Source: Octopus sinensis (Eukaryota). Taken from it: 64,000 bases of DNA. Location of the stretch: positions 33,790,001 through 33,854,000 of the forward strand of contig NC_043012.1 of the NCBI RefSeq assembly GCF_006345805.1, read 5' to 3'. Below are positions 11,040 through 23,639 of the stretch, one piece after another (within the stretch, counting starts at the first letter, position 1; every line of letters begins with the position of its first letter). The notes under the pieces are model-generated. The model was not told where the DNA came from. It did not search any database and saw only the letters and a program-made list of their open reading frames with translations. Made by a program: the position numbers and the translations under genes.

Positions 11040-11860
11040 CACCAGAGAGAAAGAAAGAGCTGAGATATCATCAGAGAGAAGTGTATTAGAAATGATGAAG
11101 GTGCAATTGCTGATGACAAGAAAGAGGCATTGAAGTGCTGCTATGAGAGATTGTTGGATGAGAACACATGAGATAAAGAGGAGAGGACTTCATATTGACT
11201 TGGTAGAAGGACCAACAATTCAAGTTGACAGTAATGTGATTGATAGTGATTAAAAGACAGGAAGAAAAGGGAAGCTAGTGGCACCTCAGGGATGATTGCT
11301 TGAAGTGCTCAAAATATCTGGTGAACTTAGATATAGATATTCTGTTGTCTGGGGAGAGTCATTTTCTTTTTGTGCCTTATTATTTAACACACTCACTGGT
11401 AAAATTTCCACTTTTTTTCTTATTTTTATTGTCCTAAAATTTTCGTTGCGTCTTGCAAAGTTTTCAATAGTTTTACCGGTGAGTGTGTTAAATAATAAGG
11501 CACAAAAAGAAAATGACTCTCCCCAGACACAACAGAATATGCTTCAATACATGAACTCATATAAAGAATCTTGCAAACCAAATCTACCCAATGGTTAGCA
11601 TAGCAGTAACCTTTGCTACAAGAGCAAAGGAGATGACTTAGAGAGAGAAAATTATGGATGCAATAAATTGATGGAGTAGACTATGAAGGTCAGAGAGGGT
11701 TGTGGCATAATTTATTAGTCATGGGGCTATCTCAATTGAAATGCTGTTCAAATGCAATCTTATAAGTGAGACGTATGCAGGAGAAATAGTTAAGAGGAAG
11801 CCACTATAGCTGCCATTTAGTGACCTACAGAAAGCTTTTGCCTGGGTACCATACTCTGTA
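11040..11860 (+). mobile_element. Decayed RTE LINE RT region, interrupted by a palindrome at 11337-11540
   Basis: Frameshifted KCIRNDEG..YERLL..VEGPTIQV..EVLKISGE | CYKSKGDDLERENY..FSDLQKAFAWVP (cf. RT motif DLEKAFDRVP). Confidence 0.7.
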
Positions 11861-11882
11861 AGGAAGAAAAAAAAAACTACAT

Positions 11883-12330
11883 TTAGAGTGTCCTTGTCCT
11901 TGTTGTAACGATTAAGTAAACATTGGCCGACCTCAAGATGTTTGCGTTTGTGCTCTGCAGTAAGCTGTCTTGGTACTCATCTTCCACAGATGAGTACCAA
12001 GACTTTATGGAAGATGAACTCATTATGGATGATTTGATAGGTATAACCATCTGCAGAGAACAAGCCACCTCATCAATGATAACTCGCTGGTTCACCATTA
12101 CTATCTCTTGAGTTTGCTGAATCTTCTTGTCAGTGGTGGAGGTTGACAGGCGTCCTGCTCCCTCTTCATGTGTCACGCTTGTCCAGCCACTTTTAAACTC
12201 CTCAATCTACTCATACACACTCCTGTGCTGTAGTGCACTGTCCCAGTATTGTGCTAAAAGCCTCCAATGAATTTCAGCACCTGACACACCTTCAGGCCAG
12301 AGAAATCGGAAATCTGCTCTTTGTTCTATG
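11883..12330 (-). mobile_element. Mariner transposase N-terminal remnant
   Basis: The - strand reads EGVSGAEIHWRLLAQY..EFKSGWTSVTHEEGAGRLSTSTTD.. and VPRQLTAEHKRKHLEV (WVPHEL-type motif). Confidence 0.85.
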
Positions 12331-12737
12331 TTGGTTGGTAGGTAGGTAAGTAAGTGGGTGTGCATGTATGCATGAATGCATATAAATATATATGTATGTA
12401 CGTAAGCATATAGTTATTTTACAGGTTAATTCAGCAACAATCATATTACACACACACATTATATAAAATGAAAAGTCACCTTAGTCTTTCATCATCAGCT
12501 TGCATAGGATTTCAATGACTTTATATACACATAAGTGCAACAGGTATTGCAGTGTGTGTGTGTGTGTGAAAGAGAGTGACTGTGTTTTTCAGTTTTCTTT
12601 GTAGTTTATTTGTTCCTGTTTTTTTTTATTGTGTTGTTTGTGTTTATTTGCAAATCCATATTGACATCTGTTACATTCAGCCTAATTATTCACCATGTGC
12701 ACATTTGGTCGACTTTTGTCAACACACACACATATAT

Positions 12738-12771
<34 letters not shown>

Positions 12772-12773
<2 letters not shown>

Positions 12774-13645
12774 CACTTGAACTTCCAAGTGCTTTCACAA
12801 ATAGAAAAGAAAGAGAAATTAACAGCACAATATTTGTATTTGAAAAGGATTCTATGATCCTATCCTATTGTCCCAAGAAAAGTTGTGTAGTCACGCTTAT
12901 GAGTACAATACACTCTGAGCCAATGATTCAAAAAGTGCTGAAAAGAAACGTGAAGTTATAACATGTTACAAGAAAACAAAAGGAGGAGTAGATACCCTAG
13001 ATGAGATGGTAAGGACATACACTTGCAAAAAAATGACTCGAAGATGGCCTATGGTTATATTCTACGACATGACTGAATGCTTTCATTGTTGCTAAACAGC
13101 TTCCCTTGCAAAGTTTCAAGGGTAAAAGAAGAGGTGCCTAATTCAGTTACGAAAGGAACTTGCTGGAGTTAATGCTAAACAAGAACATGACAAACAATCT
13201 TCTAGTTCCGCTAACATTTCTCAACCAAACAAGAAAAAAAGATGATCTTTAACCTCATTTGAGATTCCTCAGCCAAAGGAAATAGGAAGATGTTCTTTGT
13301 GTGACCCCATCCTAAAAAAAGACAGGAAAACTCGTACTACATGTAAGAATTGCAATATCCCTGTTTGCCAAGAACATTCCAATGTTGTCTGCATTCACTG
13401 CCATGAGGAGCTGTAATTCTGTATTTTTGTAATTTTTAAAATTTATAATATATTCTGTAAACTGTATTTTTTTTAAAATTAAAATTTGTGAGAAACAGTA
13501 ATTTTTCATTCATCTGATAGCATATATAATGTAGCTAAAAAATAATGGTAGTTTGAATAAAATTTGATTAAAAGAAAAATATTGGGACCATTGGACCCAG
13601 CTGGTAATTATTGACATACATTTTCTCTGGTAGACCAAGGGTTAA
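12772..13645 (+). mobile_element. piggyBac transposase C-terminal remnant with right end
   Basis: SYCPKKSCVVTLMSTIH, YKKTKGGVDTLDEMVRTYTCKKMTRRWPMVIFY and Cys-rich RCSLC..TCKNCNIPVCQEH. Ends ...caaGGG-TTAA (13639-13645). Confidence 0.9.
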
Positions 13646-14414
13646 AGGAGAGCAAGAGAAAACAACAAGAATGAGAGTCCAAAGTCAATGTAATTATGCT
13701 GTGAGAAAGCAAGGGGATGAAGAAATCAGTGTTTTGGACATTTGTCATTTGTCAAAAAGGGAGCAATTTCCAGAAGAGGGGAAAATGTTATGTGAGAAAA
13801 CATTGTTGATTTGACTATTTCTGGCACTTTCTCTTTAACTGCCTTAGAATTCACACCCACCATCTCAGCTACTCCTGCCAACTTCCTATTTTGTGCCTTT
13901 AATTCTATCTTTTACAAACCCACCAACCCCTACTTCTACTCTAACTTCACCTCATCCCACTCCATTCCCATCAAATCTTCTACCCTCAACATAACAATTC
14001 CCCTTCATCAACCTCCTCTTTCATCAACATTCTCACTTTTGATGCAATCTCACCACCTCCCATTAGTGACCGTACATCTACCTTCCTGTCCCATATTCTC
14101 TCATTTGTTGCCTTCTCTTCTTCCACCCCACCCCCCATCTCACCTCTATCAAACACAGTCCCTCACAATTTCATCGTTTCCAATTTAATTCACGATGTTC
14201 TACATCTTTCCTGAATTCTCTCTCCCTTTAAACCCAAAAGCAACCCAAGTAACCATCCTGGGTCCTATCTCCTACTCTCATTGTAACATTCACCCCTTTT
14301 AGTCTATACTTCCCCATGTCACTGTTTCAACTCTACCTTCAACAACACCATCTATTCCCCCAAATGTCATCTCAGCTGAAGGCTCACCCTTTCAGAGGAT
14401 AATTATTGAATACC

Positions 14415-15016
14415 TGAAGGTGCATAGCTTAGTGATTAGGGTTTTCACCTCACCTTTGTAATGTCATGAGTTCAATTTCCAGCAACACATTGTGTCCTTG
14501 AGCAAGACACTTTATTTCACGCTGCTTCACTCCACTCAGCTGGCAAAAATGAGTAGTACCTGTTTTTCAAAGGACCAGCCTTGTCAAACTCTGTCTGTGT
14601 CATGCTGAATATCCCTCAGCGCTACATTAAGAGTACACATGTCTGTAGAGTGCTCAGCCACATCATCATCATCATCATCGTTTAATGTCCGCTTTCCATG
14701 CTAGCATGGGTTGGACGATTTTGACTGAGGTCTGGTGAACCAGATGGCTGCACCAGGCTCCAATCTTGATCTGGCAGAGTTTCTACAGCTGGATGCCCTT
14801 CCTAACGCCAACCACTCCAAGAGTGTAGTGGGTGCTTTTTACATGCTACCGGAATGGGGGCCAGTCAGGTGGTACTGGCAACGGCCTCGCTCGAATCCTT
14901 TTAAACATGCCACCAGCACAGGTGCCAGTAAGGCGACTACATTAATTTCATGAGCAGGCTGTTCTGTTGATTGGATCAACTGGAACCTTCGTCATCATAA
15001 CTGACAGAGTGCCAGT
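14415..15016 (+). mobile_element. tRNA-SINE family D, interrupted by an RTE 3' end (14661-14939, -)
   Basis: Head and body match the uninterrupted copy at 44820-45140. The insert matches the RTE tail. Confidence 0.8.
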
Positions 15017-15149
15017 TATATTGAGCATCCGATCTAATCCTGGATCACCCAGGCCAGCAGCTTATCAAACCAGTTCTGAACATTACATTATTACATGTAC
15101 TCACACTTTGTTGTTTACAGCATTATACAGCTTATACAACAGTCTGTAT

Positions 15150-15792
15150 GAAGGTGCATGGCTCAGTGGTTAAACCATCAGGTTTAAAGCTGTGTGATTG
15201 TGAGTTCGAATCCCGGACTGAGCTGTGTAATAATAATAATAATAAACATTGTGTACAGTGCTCAGGTGCACTACAACTCATCTAAAGTGCATATATAATC
15301 AGGTGTAGTTTCGACGGATTTCGGAAAGCATGAGGGCCTTAAAGGATGCAGTGTCATGGCAGTCAACAACTGACGCAGGCAGTTTATTCCATGCTTCAGC
15401 AACTCTGAGCGTGAAGAAATGTTTCCGAAAGTCATGGGAGCTGTGTTGTTTTCTGACTTTGTAGGCATGTCCACGTGTGTTAGACACATGGAGATCAAAA
15501 AGGTGTTCAGTGTTGTTATTGGTGAGGTGGTTGGCAACTTTGTGTTGTGTTGTGTTGTTTTCTTGAGCAAGACACTTTATTTCACATTTCTCCAGTTCAC
15601 TCAGCTGTAGAAATGAGTTTCGATGTCACTGGTGGCAAGCTGTATTGGCCCGACAACATCAATGGCATGGAGAGGGGAGGCTGGTATGCATGGGTGACTG
15701 CTGCTCTTCCAGAAACAACAGTGCCCAGACTTATGCTTAAGAGGGAAACTTTCTAAGTGCAATCCCATGGTTATTTGTGATTGGAGAGGTCT
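15150..15792 (+). mobile_element. tRNA-SINE split by a CR1 insertion
   Basis: A/B boxes (tggctcagtgg; gagttcgaatccc). The body resumes at cttgagcaagacactttatttcac (~15562). Confidence 0.7.
15229..15540 (-). mobile_element. CR1 LINE 3' end
   Basis: TRGHAYKVRKQ..RKHFFTLRVAEAWNKLPASVV is a classic CR1 ORF2 end; (TTA)n tail. Confidence 0.9.
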
Positions 15793-15987
15793 TTTACAAC
15801 ACTATGGTACTCCCCACAAGTGGAAAAATACCATAGTATTGTACAAAAATGAATTGCATTATGAACATCGAATTTATCAACAGGATTATTATTCCATATT
15901 GCTTTCCTATAAAAACACTATCCCTTATATTAATATCCTCATCTCCCCACACACAGACATTACACACCCACACTTTTGTATTCATAC

Positions 15988-16219
15988 CTATTTCTTTACT
16001 ACCCATAAGGGGCTAAACACAGAGAGGACAAACAAGGACAGACAAACGGATTAAGTCGATTATATCGACCCCAGTGCGTAACTGGTACTTATTTAATCGA
16101 CCCCGAAAGGATGAAAGGCAAAGTCGACCTCGGCGTAATTTGAACTCAGAACGTAGTGGCAGACGAAATACGGCTACGCATTTCACCCGGCATGCTAACG
16201 ATTCTGCCGGCTCGACGCC
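15988..16219 (-). mobile_element. Meta-domain SINE with 18-bp TSD
   Basis: Flanked by acacttttgtattcatac at 15970-15987 and 16227-16244. Confidence 0.92.
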
Positions 16220-16664
16220 TGGCGATACACTTTTGTATTCATACCATCCTTATAGTAATGCACCACATGCACATATTCACACTACATTACACCTTCCCAT
16301 GCTTATCTCCCTTAGCTCTCACTCTTCTTGCTATATACCACCATTCGACCTTTCACCCTGCTGCCTCACAGCAATCAGTTTGGTTTTCTCAATATTATTT
16401 GTCTCGTCTCCGTCCTCTGTTTATAACAAAACGCACAAAAGTCCAAAATATCAAATTCTCCCTCACCCCTCCCTGTTCCTACCTCAAAACATAATTATGT
16501 TGACTTTGTACTCTTCCTCCTTGTTTTTCTTTTTTGTTGTTTACTATGGTTTCTCATGACTCTACTTTGGTATTCTATCAACCAAACAGTCACAGACAAC
16601 CATCATCAATACCTACATACCATGCCATTTCTATGGAATGAGAGAAATCTATTATTGAAAGATC

Positions 16665-16970
16665 AGCATCGCCTTACCGTGATCGTTACCAACATCGCCT
16701 TACTGGTACCTGTGCCGGTGGCATGTGTAAAAAGATTTGAGCGAGGTCATTGCCAGTACCGCCTGACTGGCCCCCGTGCCAGTGGAATGTAAAAAGTACC
16801 CACTACACTCACGGAGTGGTTGGCGTTAGGAAGGGCATCCAGCTGTAGAAACTCTGCCAGATCAAGATTGAAGTTTGGTGCAGCCATCTGGTTCGCCAGC
16901 CCTCAGTCATTCGTCCAACCCATGCTAGCATAGAAAGCGGATGTTAAACAATGATGATGATGATGATGAT
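16665..16970 (+). mobile_element. RTE LINE 3' end
   Basis: Two tandem units, the conserved tail and (GAT)n. Confidence 0.85.
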
Positions 16971-16974
16971 AAGC

Positions 16975-18160
16975 AGAGGTGGTGAATGCCTATGTCACTT
17001 CTGTCATAACTCCCCACCTGACTATTGTGCCTTGCCCCAAATACCAGTTTTGCAGAGTGGGGAGGTGTCTGCTTTGCTGCTTCCTGTAGAAGGGATGCAT
17101 TTCACTATTCAGGGGTCCATCTGTTGCCATTGATTTCTGGAATGCAGGTTTTGTATGCCATGACTGATGATGTGCAGATCAGCACTGAAGCTGTGCCACC
17201 TGAAGACTTTCCTGGACAATGAACAGGTGTGGTCTTCATTTCTAAGATACATATTTCTACAGCTCATCTGCTTGATGGAGCTGCAGTCCTGTGAAAAGAA
17301 AAGACCAAGGCTGAGGGCATGGCACATGGAACGCTGTCAGGTACGCCAGTATAAGTTACACTTTTATTATAGAGACCTTGCAGTGGGTAAGGGCAATGAT
17401 GTTCTCAGGGGAAGTTTGGATGTCAATAAGAATGAACTAAGTGGTCTGTTTTGAAAGAATTTCGGGCAGGGTCTGTGGGTTACTTCCAAAAGTCCTTGAC
17501 CTGGCAGTGCCAATGAAGGAATACTACCAGTTCAAGATTGAACTCTAGAGGTACAGAAGGACTCTCCAAGAAGTATCAAATTGTATTGGATGCATTCATG
17601 CATTGCTAAGTTCTGGAGATGAACCAGACTATAAACTGAGTCCATTGTGAGGATTGCCCTGCCTCCTGCCTTTAACAAGGTAGAGCAGATAGTGTTCCTC
17701 TAATTAGTGGTTGTTGCAAGAGGTTGTGTGGTGGACAAGGTTAAAAAATTTAAGGCAGACACTTTCTACTTCAGTCAAACCCTCATTGACTTTTTCAGGT
17801 TCCACTTGAAAACGAAAGTAAGGGTGGAGGGCTCTCTCCCCCAGCAAATTTATCCAGAAGTGGATAACTGCAGCAAAAATAGTCACAGTGAATAGAACTA
17901 CATAAGCATGCACCTGTAGACAGGTGGACAACAGTTGGGGGAGGGTTTGTGCCCTTGATGGTCAGAGAAGTATTGGATCTGTCAGGTCCCTTGATTGGTC
18001 CTAGTTGGAGGTTATTTTACATTTGAAGTTCTGTATAATCCATGTGTTCACATATTTTGTGTTCTACGTATATTTTTTTTATTTCATCTCTCTCTTTTTA
18101 TTCCTCCCATCCCTTTAAGAAAACCCCATACAAATTGTAAATTCCTTGTAATGTTACTGT
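16975..18160 (+). mobile_element. Decayed Tx1/L1-like LINE ORF2 3' region
   Basis: Frameshifted SICCH..MP.LMMCRSALKLCHLKTFLDNEQVWSSF..FFRFHLKTKVRVE resembles Tx1-clade post-RT sequence. Confidence 0.5.
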
Positions 18161-18182
18161 TTATCTGATTTCTTGTCTTTAT

Positions 18183-18483
18183 ATTCTGAGTTCAAATGCT
18201 GCAAGGGTCAACTTTGCCATTCATTCTTTTGGGGTCGATACAAAAAGTACCAGTTGAGCATGGAGGTCAATATAATTGACCTAACCCTTCCCCTAAAATT
18301 GCTGGCCTTGTGCCAAAATTTGAAACCATCATTATTATAAGATATAGGCACAAGCATGGCTGTGTATTTAACAGACTCACAACTGAACTTAGTGGTTTCA
18401 GGTTCAATCCAACAGCGTGAATTTGTGTTTTCTACTTTAGTGAATTTGATAGCCTGAAACTGCAAAGAAGCTTGTCGTACACT

Positions 18484-18542
<59 letters not shown>

Positions 18543-18915
18543 CACTCACAAACATACGTATATCTGTGGGTACCAGAGCGTCCCATCCAACATTGACAAC
18601 CGGTGTTAGTTTGTTTACATCCATGTTTGGCAAAAAGAAGATCAACAGAATAAGTACCAGACAATGAAATAAGCACTGAAATTGATATATATGATTGCCT
18701 ACTCTTTTCAAGGCAGTGTCTTAACCTGTTCAAAGTCTGACTGAAATGAGTACATATGCTCTTATTGTTGTTAAGCTCAAATTCCACCGAGGTCAACTTT
18801 GCTTTCATCCTTTCGAAATCGATAAAATAAGTACAAGTTGAGCACTGGGGTCGATGTGATTGACTTGCCCCTTCCCCTAAAAAATTGCTGGCCTTGTACC
18901 AAAGTTCGAAATCAT
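18183..18915 (+). mobile_element. Cluster: Meta SINE (18183-18328), diverged family A SINE (18345-18750), Meta SINE (18770-18915)
   Basis: Meta cores with the alternative tail aaattgctggccttgt.ccaaa; family A head and tail around (CA)n. Confidence 0.75.
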
Positions 18916-19239
18916 ATTATTGTTATTACTCATGCACATATACTCACAAATATGCAATGAAACATAATCAGTTTTATCCAACGCAATTCGATAAAGCAAA
19001 AATATTGATTAAATACTGGGGTTGATTTAATGGCCTATCTGCTCTCCTTGTATCTATGTTGGAATTTTTTTATTATATGAAGAGTTGTAATACTGTCTCT
19101 GGATTTGAACCTGCGACGTAAAGGGCCGTTAAGTTCCATAATAAGCTACCTGGATACAGTACGTTGTACATAAGACTAATAAGTTGACACACATACACAC
19201 GCGCGCACACACATTGCAAGACACGTACACACCTCTTTT

Positions 19240-19305
19240 CCTCGACCAATCACCGTTCGCTATTTCTGCACACCTATTTTTCAGCCAATCAGAACATTGG
19301 GCATG
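19240..19305. promoter_or_regulatory. Clustered CCAAT (NF-Y) boxes, candidate promoter
   Basis: GACCAATCA (CCAAT at 19246), AGCCAATCAG (19283-19292) and ATTGG (19296) in CpG-retaining unique DNA. Confidence 0.5.
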
Positions 19306-19524
19306 ATGACATTTTATTTTTGGACTAGTTCCCAAAATCAAACGGCAACAGCCGTCACCGCACACACGTGTCCATTTAATAGAGACACTCACATACACAC
19401 ACACAAGTACAAGTTATTGTGTTGAACTTTATTACATCACACACTTGCTGAAACAAGTGTGTGTGACAGTTTGACTGTTATTGTGAGCAGATGTATCTGT
19501 CACTGGGTTCACAAAACAGTCCCA

Positions 19525-19700
19525 AACGAAGATGGGTTCTCTTGGTAAGCGCTCGACTTGCTAGAAATAGCAGCTAAATTTCGCTCGACTAACACCTTAT
19601 AATCTTAAAGAAACTGGAAAAACAGAAGATGGTCCAGAAGTGGAACACCTTTAATCAAAGCATTGCTCAACCAGTGCTGACATGGGACTAAATAACAAGT
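19525..19700 (-). repeat. Ancient dispersed repeat (other copies near 5340-5450, 23340-23520, 26000-26155, 26530-26695, 37870-38020, 51480-51750, 53085-53400, 58270-58450, 62340-62400)
   Basis: Recurrent diverged motifs such as tgctagaaatagcagc and gatcaaag.cattccagc..tgaccat. Confidence 0.65.
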
Positions 19701-20636
19701 CTCACAAACTCTCTCTTACAATGTTGAGGGGTAGACTTCATCTATCGCCCCGCTTAACACCATCACCTGGTCTTTGGGTACCCTTAGCAAAGTCTACTCT
19801 GTTGCAAGCATTCGGGTCAGGTCACTGCTTTGAGGACACCTCTCTCCCTGTAAAGGGTCAATGGACACTATCTTTCCCACACCCGCTACTTATATTCCCC
19901 CCAAAACGCACACTAGCACATCCACAGAAACATACACTTACATTCAATAAAAGAAATATACATTCATAACACACCCAGAGATATTTACATACTCTGTTTA
20001 GCCTAAAAACAATTTGTGTGTGTGTGTGTTAGTATAAAATTAATATATAGTTTTCTTATAAAGTTATGTCGTACAATAATTTTAAAATGTATTTTAAATA
20101 TATTCTATAAACTTATTGTCAGAAAATAAAGAAAATATTTAGTTGAATGTTGTTTTGTGATGTATTTTCTTTCTTCTCCAATATTTTTTTAAGTTAAACA
20201 AATTTGAAATCCTTTGCTAAAATATTCTTCTTTCCGTTTATCCCTCCGCCTTTTCCTTCTGTCTTCTTATTAATATTTCTTTTCGTTTTTCTCTCTCTTT
20301 TCCCCTCATACTTCTATTAATCTTTCGTTTCGTTTGCTTTTTCCCATTGCGCCCCATCTTCCAAATTCACCTCTTTCTTTTCCCCCTTACACCTCGCTTA
20401 TCATTCGTTTCGTTTCGGATTTTTCTTGTCCTTTTTATATTTCCCTTCGCCATCACTCATCTATTTTTCCTTCTCTCCCTACTCCTTTCCATTTGTTTTT
20501 CTCTTCTTTTTTTTTCTCATTTTCTTCCCGATTCTATTCGTCCTTGTCTTCCTCTTTCTCTCTTCTTCCTGTTTTCGCTTTTGTTAATCACGGTGGAAAA
20601 AAACAAACAACAACGAAATAACACACTGAAAAATAG

Positions 20637-20655
20637 AGCATTCTGATTGGCCAAC
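20637..20655 (+). promoter_or_regulatory. Inverted CCAAT box upstream of candidate exon 1a
   Basis: AGCATTCTGATTGGC, about 360 bp upstream of ATG 21009. Confidence 0.45.
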
Positions 20656-21008
20656 ATTGACCTCTCCCCCCTCCTTTACTCCGAGTTGCATCATCGGGTC
20701 ATATGAATGCATTAACTTACTAACGCGAGCTGCCAAGATCAGCTGTAGCACTTGAGGAGAAGGAGGAGTAGAACGAAAGAAGGAGGTGGAGGAAGTGGAG
20801 AAGGAAAAAGCCAAAGAAATAGAAGAACGAGTCAAAGGGGGAAAGTTGCATTTAGTGGTTTAGCCGTCACCCGAACTGTGATCCTGAATCTCTCCACCAC
20901 TAGACATTTGATTACCACCATTATTTCTTTATTATCATTATTATTTGTAGTATTATTAGTTTTATTAACGTTAATTCCATTTTCTTTCACTGTCAACGAC
21001 CAATTTTA

Positions 21009-21074
21009 ATGGGACTCTCATTCAAAAGCCCAGAACACAAACGTGTAACATCCCGCGTCACTGCAATGATTGAT
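21009..21074 (+). CDS. Candidate first coding exon 1a (MGLSFKSPEHKRVTSRVTAMID), phase 0
   Basis: ATG, 22 open codons, then a perfect GTAAGT donor at 21075. Unique CpG-containing sequence downstream of a CCAAT box. Confidence 0.55.
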
Positions 21075-22154
21075 GTAAGTCACACACTTGTTTTCTCTCT
21101 CTCTCCTCTTTTAAATAATAATAATAACAATAGTAATAATAATAGTAATAATACCGACGATGATAATTCATAATAATAACAATTATCCTTTCAAACATAG
21201 ACAAACGGCCACAGATTTTTATTGTAGGGTGAAGAAGAACGGGTGGTGTTCGGGTACTTCAGCATATCCTCGAAGTCCTGGATACAACAGGCTGATTATA
21301 ATAAAGAGAGAAAAATAATAATAATAACAGTAATAATACGTATTTCTTACATGGATACAATACCTGAGATATATATTATAATTTGACTAGAGAAATGAGA
21401 TTGTGACATATTTCTTTTTCTTCTTCAGGACATTAGCAACGTATGTGAAGGGAAATTGCTACTACAGGGAATCGAAACCGGGTCGCGGACTAGGCTCGCG
21501 GAAAAATAACCATCTCTCCTTTAATAATAATAAAAATTCTTCCCTTCCTTCCTTCTTCATTCATTCACTCCATATTTTCTGCTATTGCCATCGTTTTCTT
21601 CGTGTTCTTTTCGGCTATAAATTCCATTTAAAACGTGGATTTCTTTTATAGGTTTATTAAAATCTACCCCGAGGTAATCCTTAACCACCCTTTCAAAGAA
21701 TGATAAACATATTCAATTTCACGCTTCTCTTTTGTGTTGCTAATATCCTAAGTGAAAAGTATGTATGTCACATAATCTCATCAGCCCACCATCTCTTCCG
21801 ATATAATAAATCCGTGGCCATCACAATAAATAAATAAATATTAATTCATTATTTAAAGTCAGCGACACATGTTCTCATTTCTGTTCATGGACCTTTCACC
21901 CTCGATTTTTCAAACTTCTCATAGAAACATATCACTAATGTCGCCGAAAAAAAAAGGCCTGTATACCACAGTGAAGTGCCAATCGACTTCTCCACATTCT
22001 ACAAGTAAATCTCGGGCACTGATTTCAGTCCAAATCCGTCATGTTGGACATCATTCCTTGTCCATTTATTTCAAGTTGGCATCACTGACAAGGAACGGAC
22101 ACGAAAAACCTAAGTCTCTTCTCATCGAATGGCACTTCAAAGATTCGTCTCCTT

Positions 22155-22685
22155 TAATATACATATTTTATACATATATAGCATGTGTATATGTATACAT
22201 ATACGCGCATATGCATGTATGTGTATATATGTATGCATGTACATTTATGTATATATATATATACATACATGTGTATATATATGCATGTATATATATATGC
22301 ATGTATATATACATGTATGCATGTATATATACATGTATGCATGTATATATACATGTTTGCTTTCATGTATATGTATGCATATATATACATGTATGCATGT
22401 GTAAAGATATATGCATATTATAAATATATGTATGCATATATAAGTGGCTTAGTAATTTAACAACATAAAGGCATATTTTAAACATCACTATATATGTATA
22501 TATATGCAATGTATATATATATATATGTATATGCATGTGTGTGTATATATATGTGTATGTATATGTATACGTACATATGCATGTATATATGTATGCATAC
22601 ATATGTGTGCATATATGTATATATATAGTGTATATATATCTATATGTATTTATATATGTATGTATATATGTGTGTATATATATGC

Positions 22686-22721
<36 letters not shown>

Positions 22722-23308
22722 GTATGCATAGGTATATATATATACACATAAGCATATGTATGTATGCATCTATATATGCATGTATATATGTATATAAACA
22801 TGTATGTATATATGCATCTATATGTATATTCATGCATGTATATATACATGCAAGTATGTATGTATATATATGCGTGCATGTATTTATATATGCATATATA
22901 TACACATGTATATATTTGCATGCATATATATGTGTATATATATGCATATACACATATATGTGCATATATACATGTATATATATGTATGCATGTATATATG
23001 TGTGTATATATACATGCATACATATATATATATACATTATATACATATGTGTTTATGCATATATATATACATATGTATGTGTGTATATATATTTATGCAT
23101 GTATATATGCGTATATATATATGCTTGTATATGTGTATATATATATGCTTGTATATATGTGTATACATGCATGTATATACATACATATACACATACATAC
23201 ACACACACACATGTATATATATACATATTCATGCATATGCATGGATGTACATATGTTTGGTTTCTCTGTATATATATACACCCGTGTATATGCATATGTA
23301 TGTGTGTA
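22155..23308. repeat. 1.15-kb degenerate alternating purine-pyrimidine tract (TA/TG/CA/TGCA)
   Basis: Seen directly; source of many overlapping Y/I/C/M/H ORFs. Confidence 0.95.
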
Positions 23309-23639
23309 ACCCTAAATCACTTTTAACATATCTTGGAATAAAGAAGACTGGTATGCTAGAAATAACAGCAAAGTTTTCGGTAAACGTCTCTTTACTATCT
23401 GGAAAAAGAATAGGATCACATTGGAAATTTTAATGCATGATATAATCACAAAGGTGGAATGGTCATGGTTGGAACACCTTTGATCTTAGAGTACGTTCGT
23501 TAAGTGTAAATCTCGGGCTTAATCAGTTCTGTGAGATTGTATTCATGCAGTTAAATACACGTGCATGTACGTTATGTATAGGTAGAAAAATGTCGAGTCC
23601 TTTATATAAATATCTATCTATATATATATATATATATAT

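Noticed and set aside
20752-21011. 85-aa ORF whose TAA overlaps the exon 1a ATG (TAATG)
   Set aside because: It starts at TTG in low-complexity purine-rich leader sequence; no evidence of coupled translation.
22129-23433. Long overlapping ORFs up to 263 aa (also near 27068-27757, 28778-30595, 42235-42866 and 48473-49418)
   Set aside because: Translations of stop-poor TA/TG/CA tracts, open in most frames; not genes.
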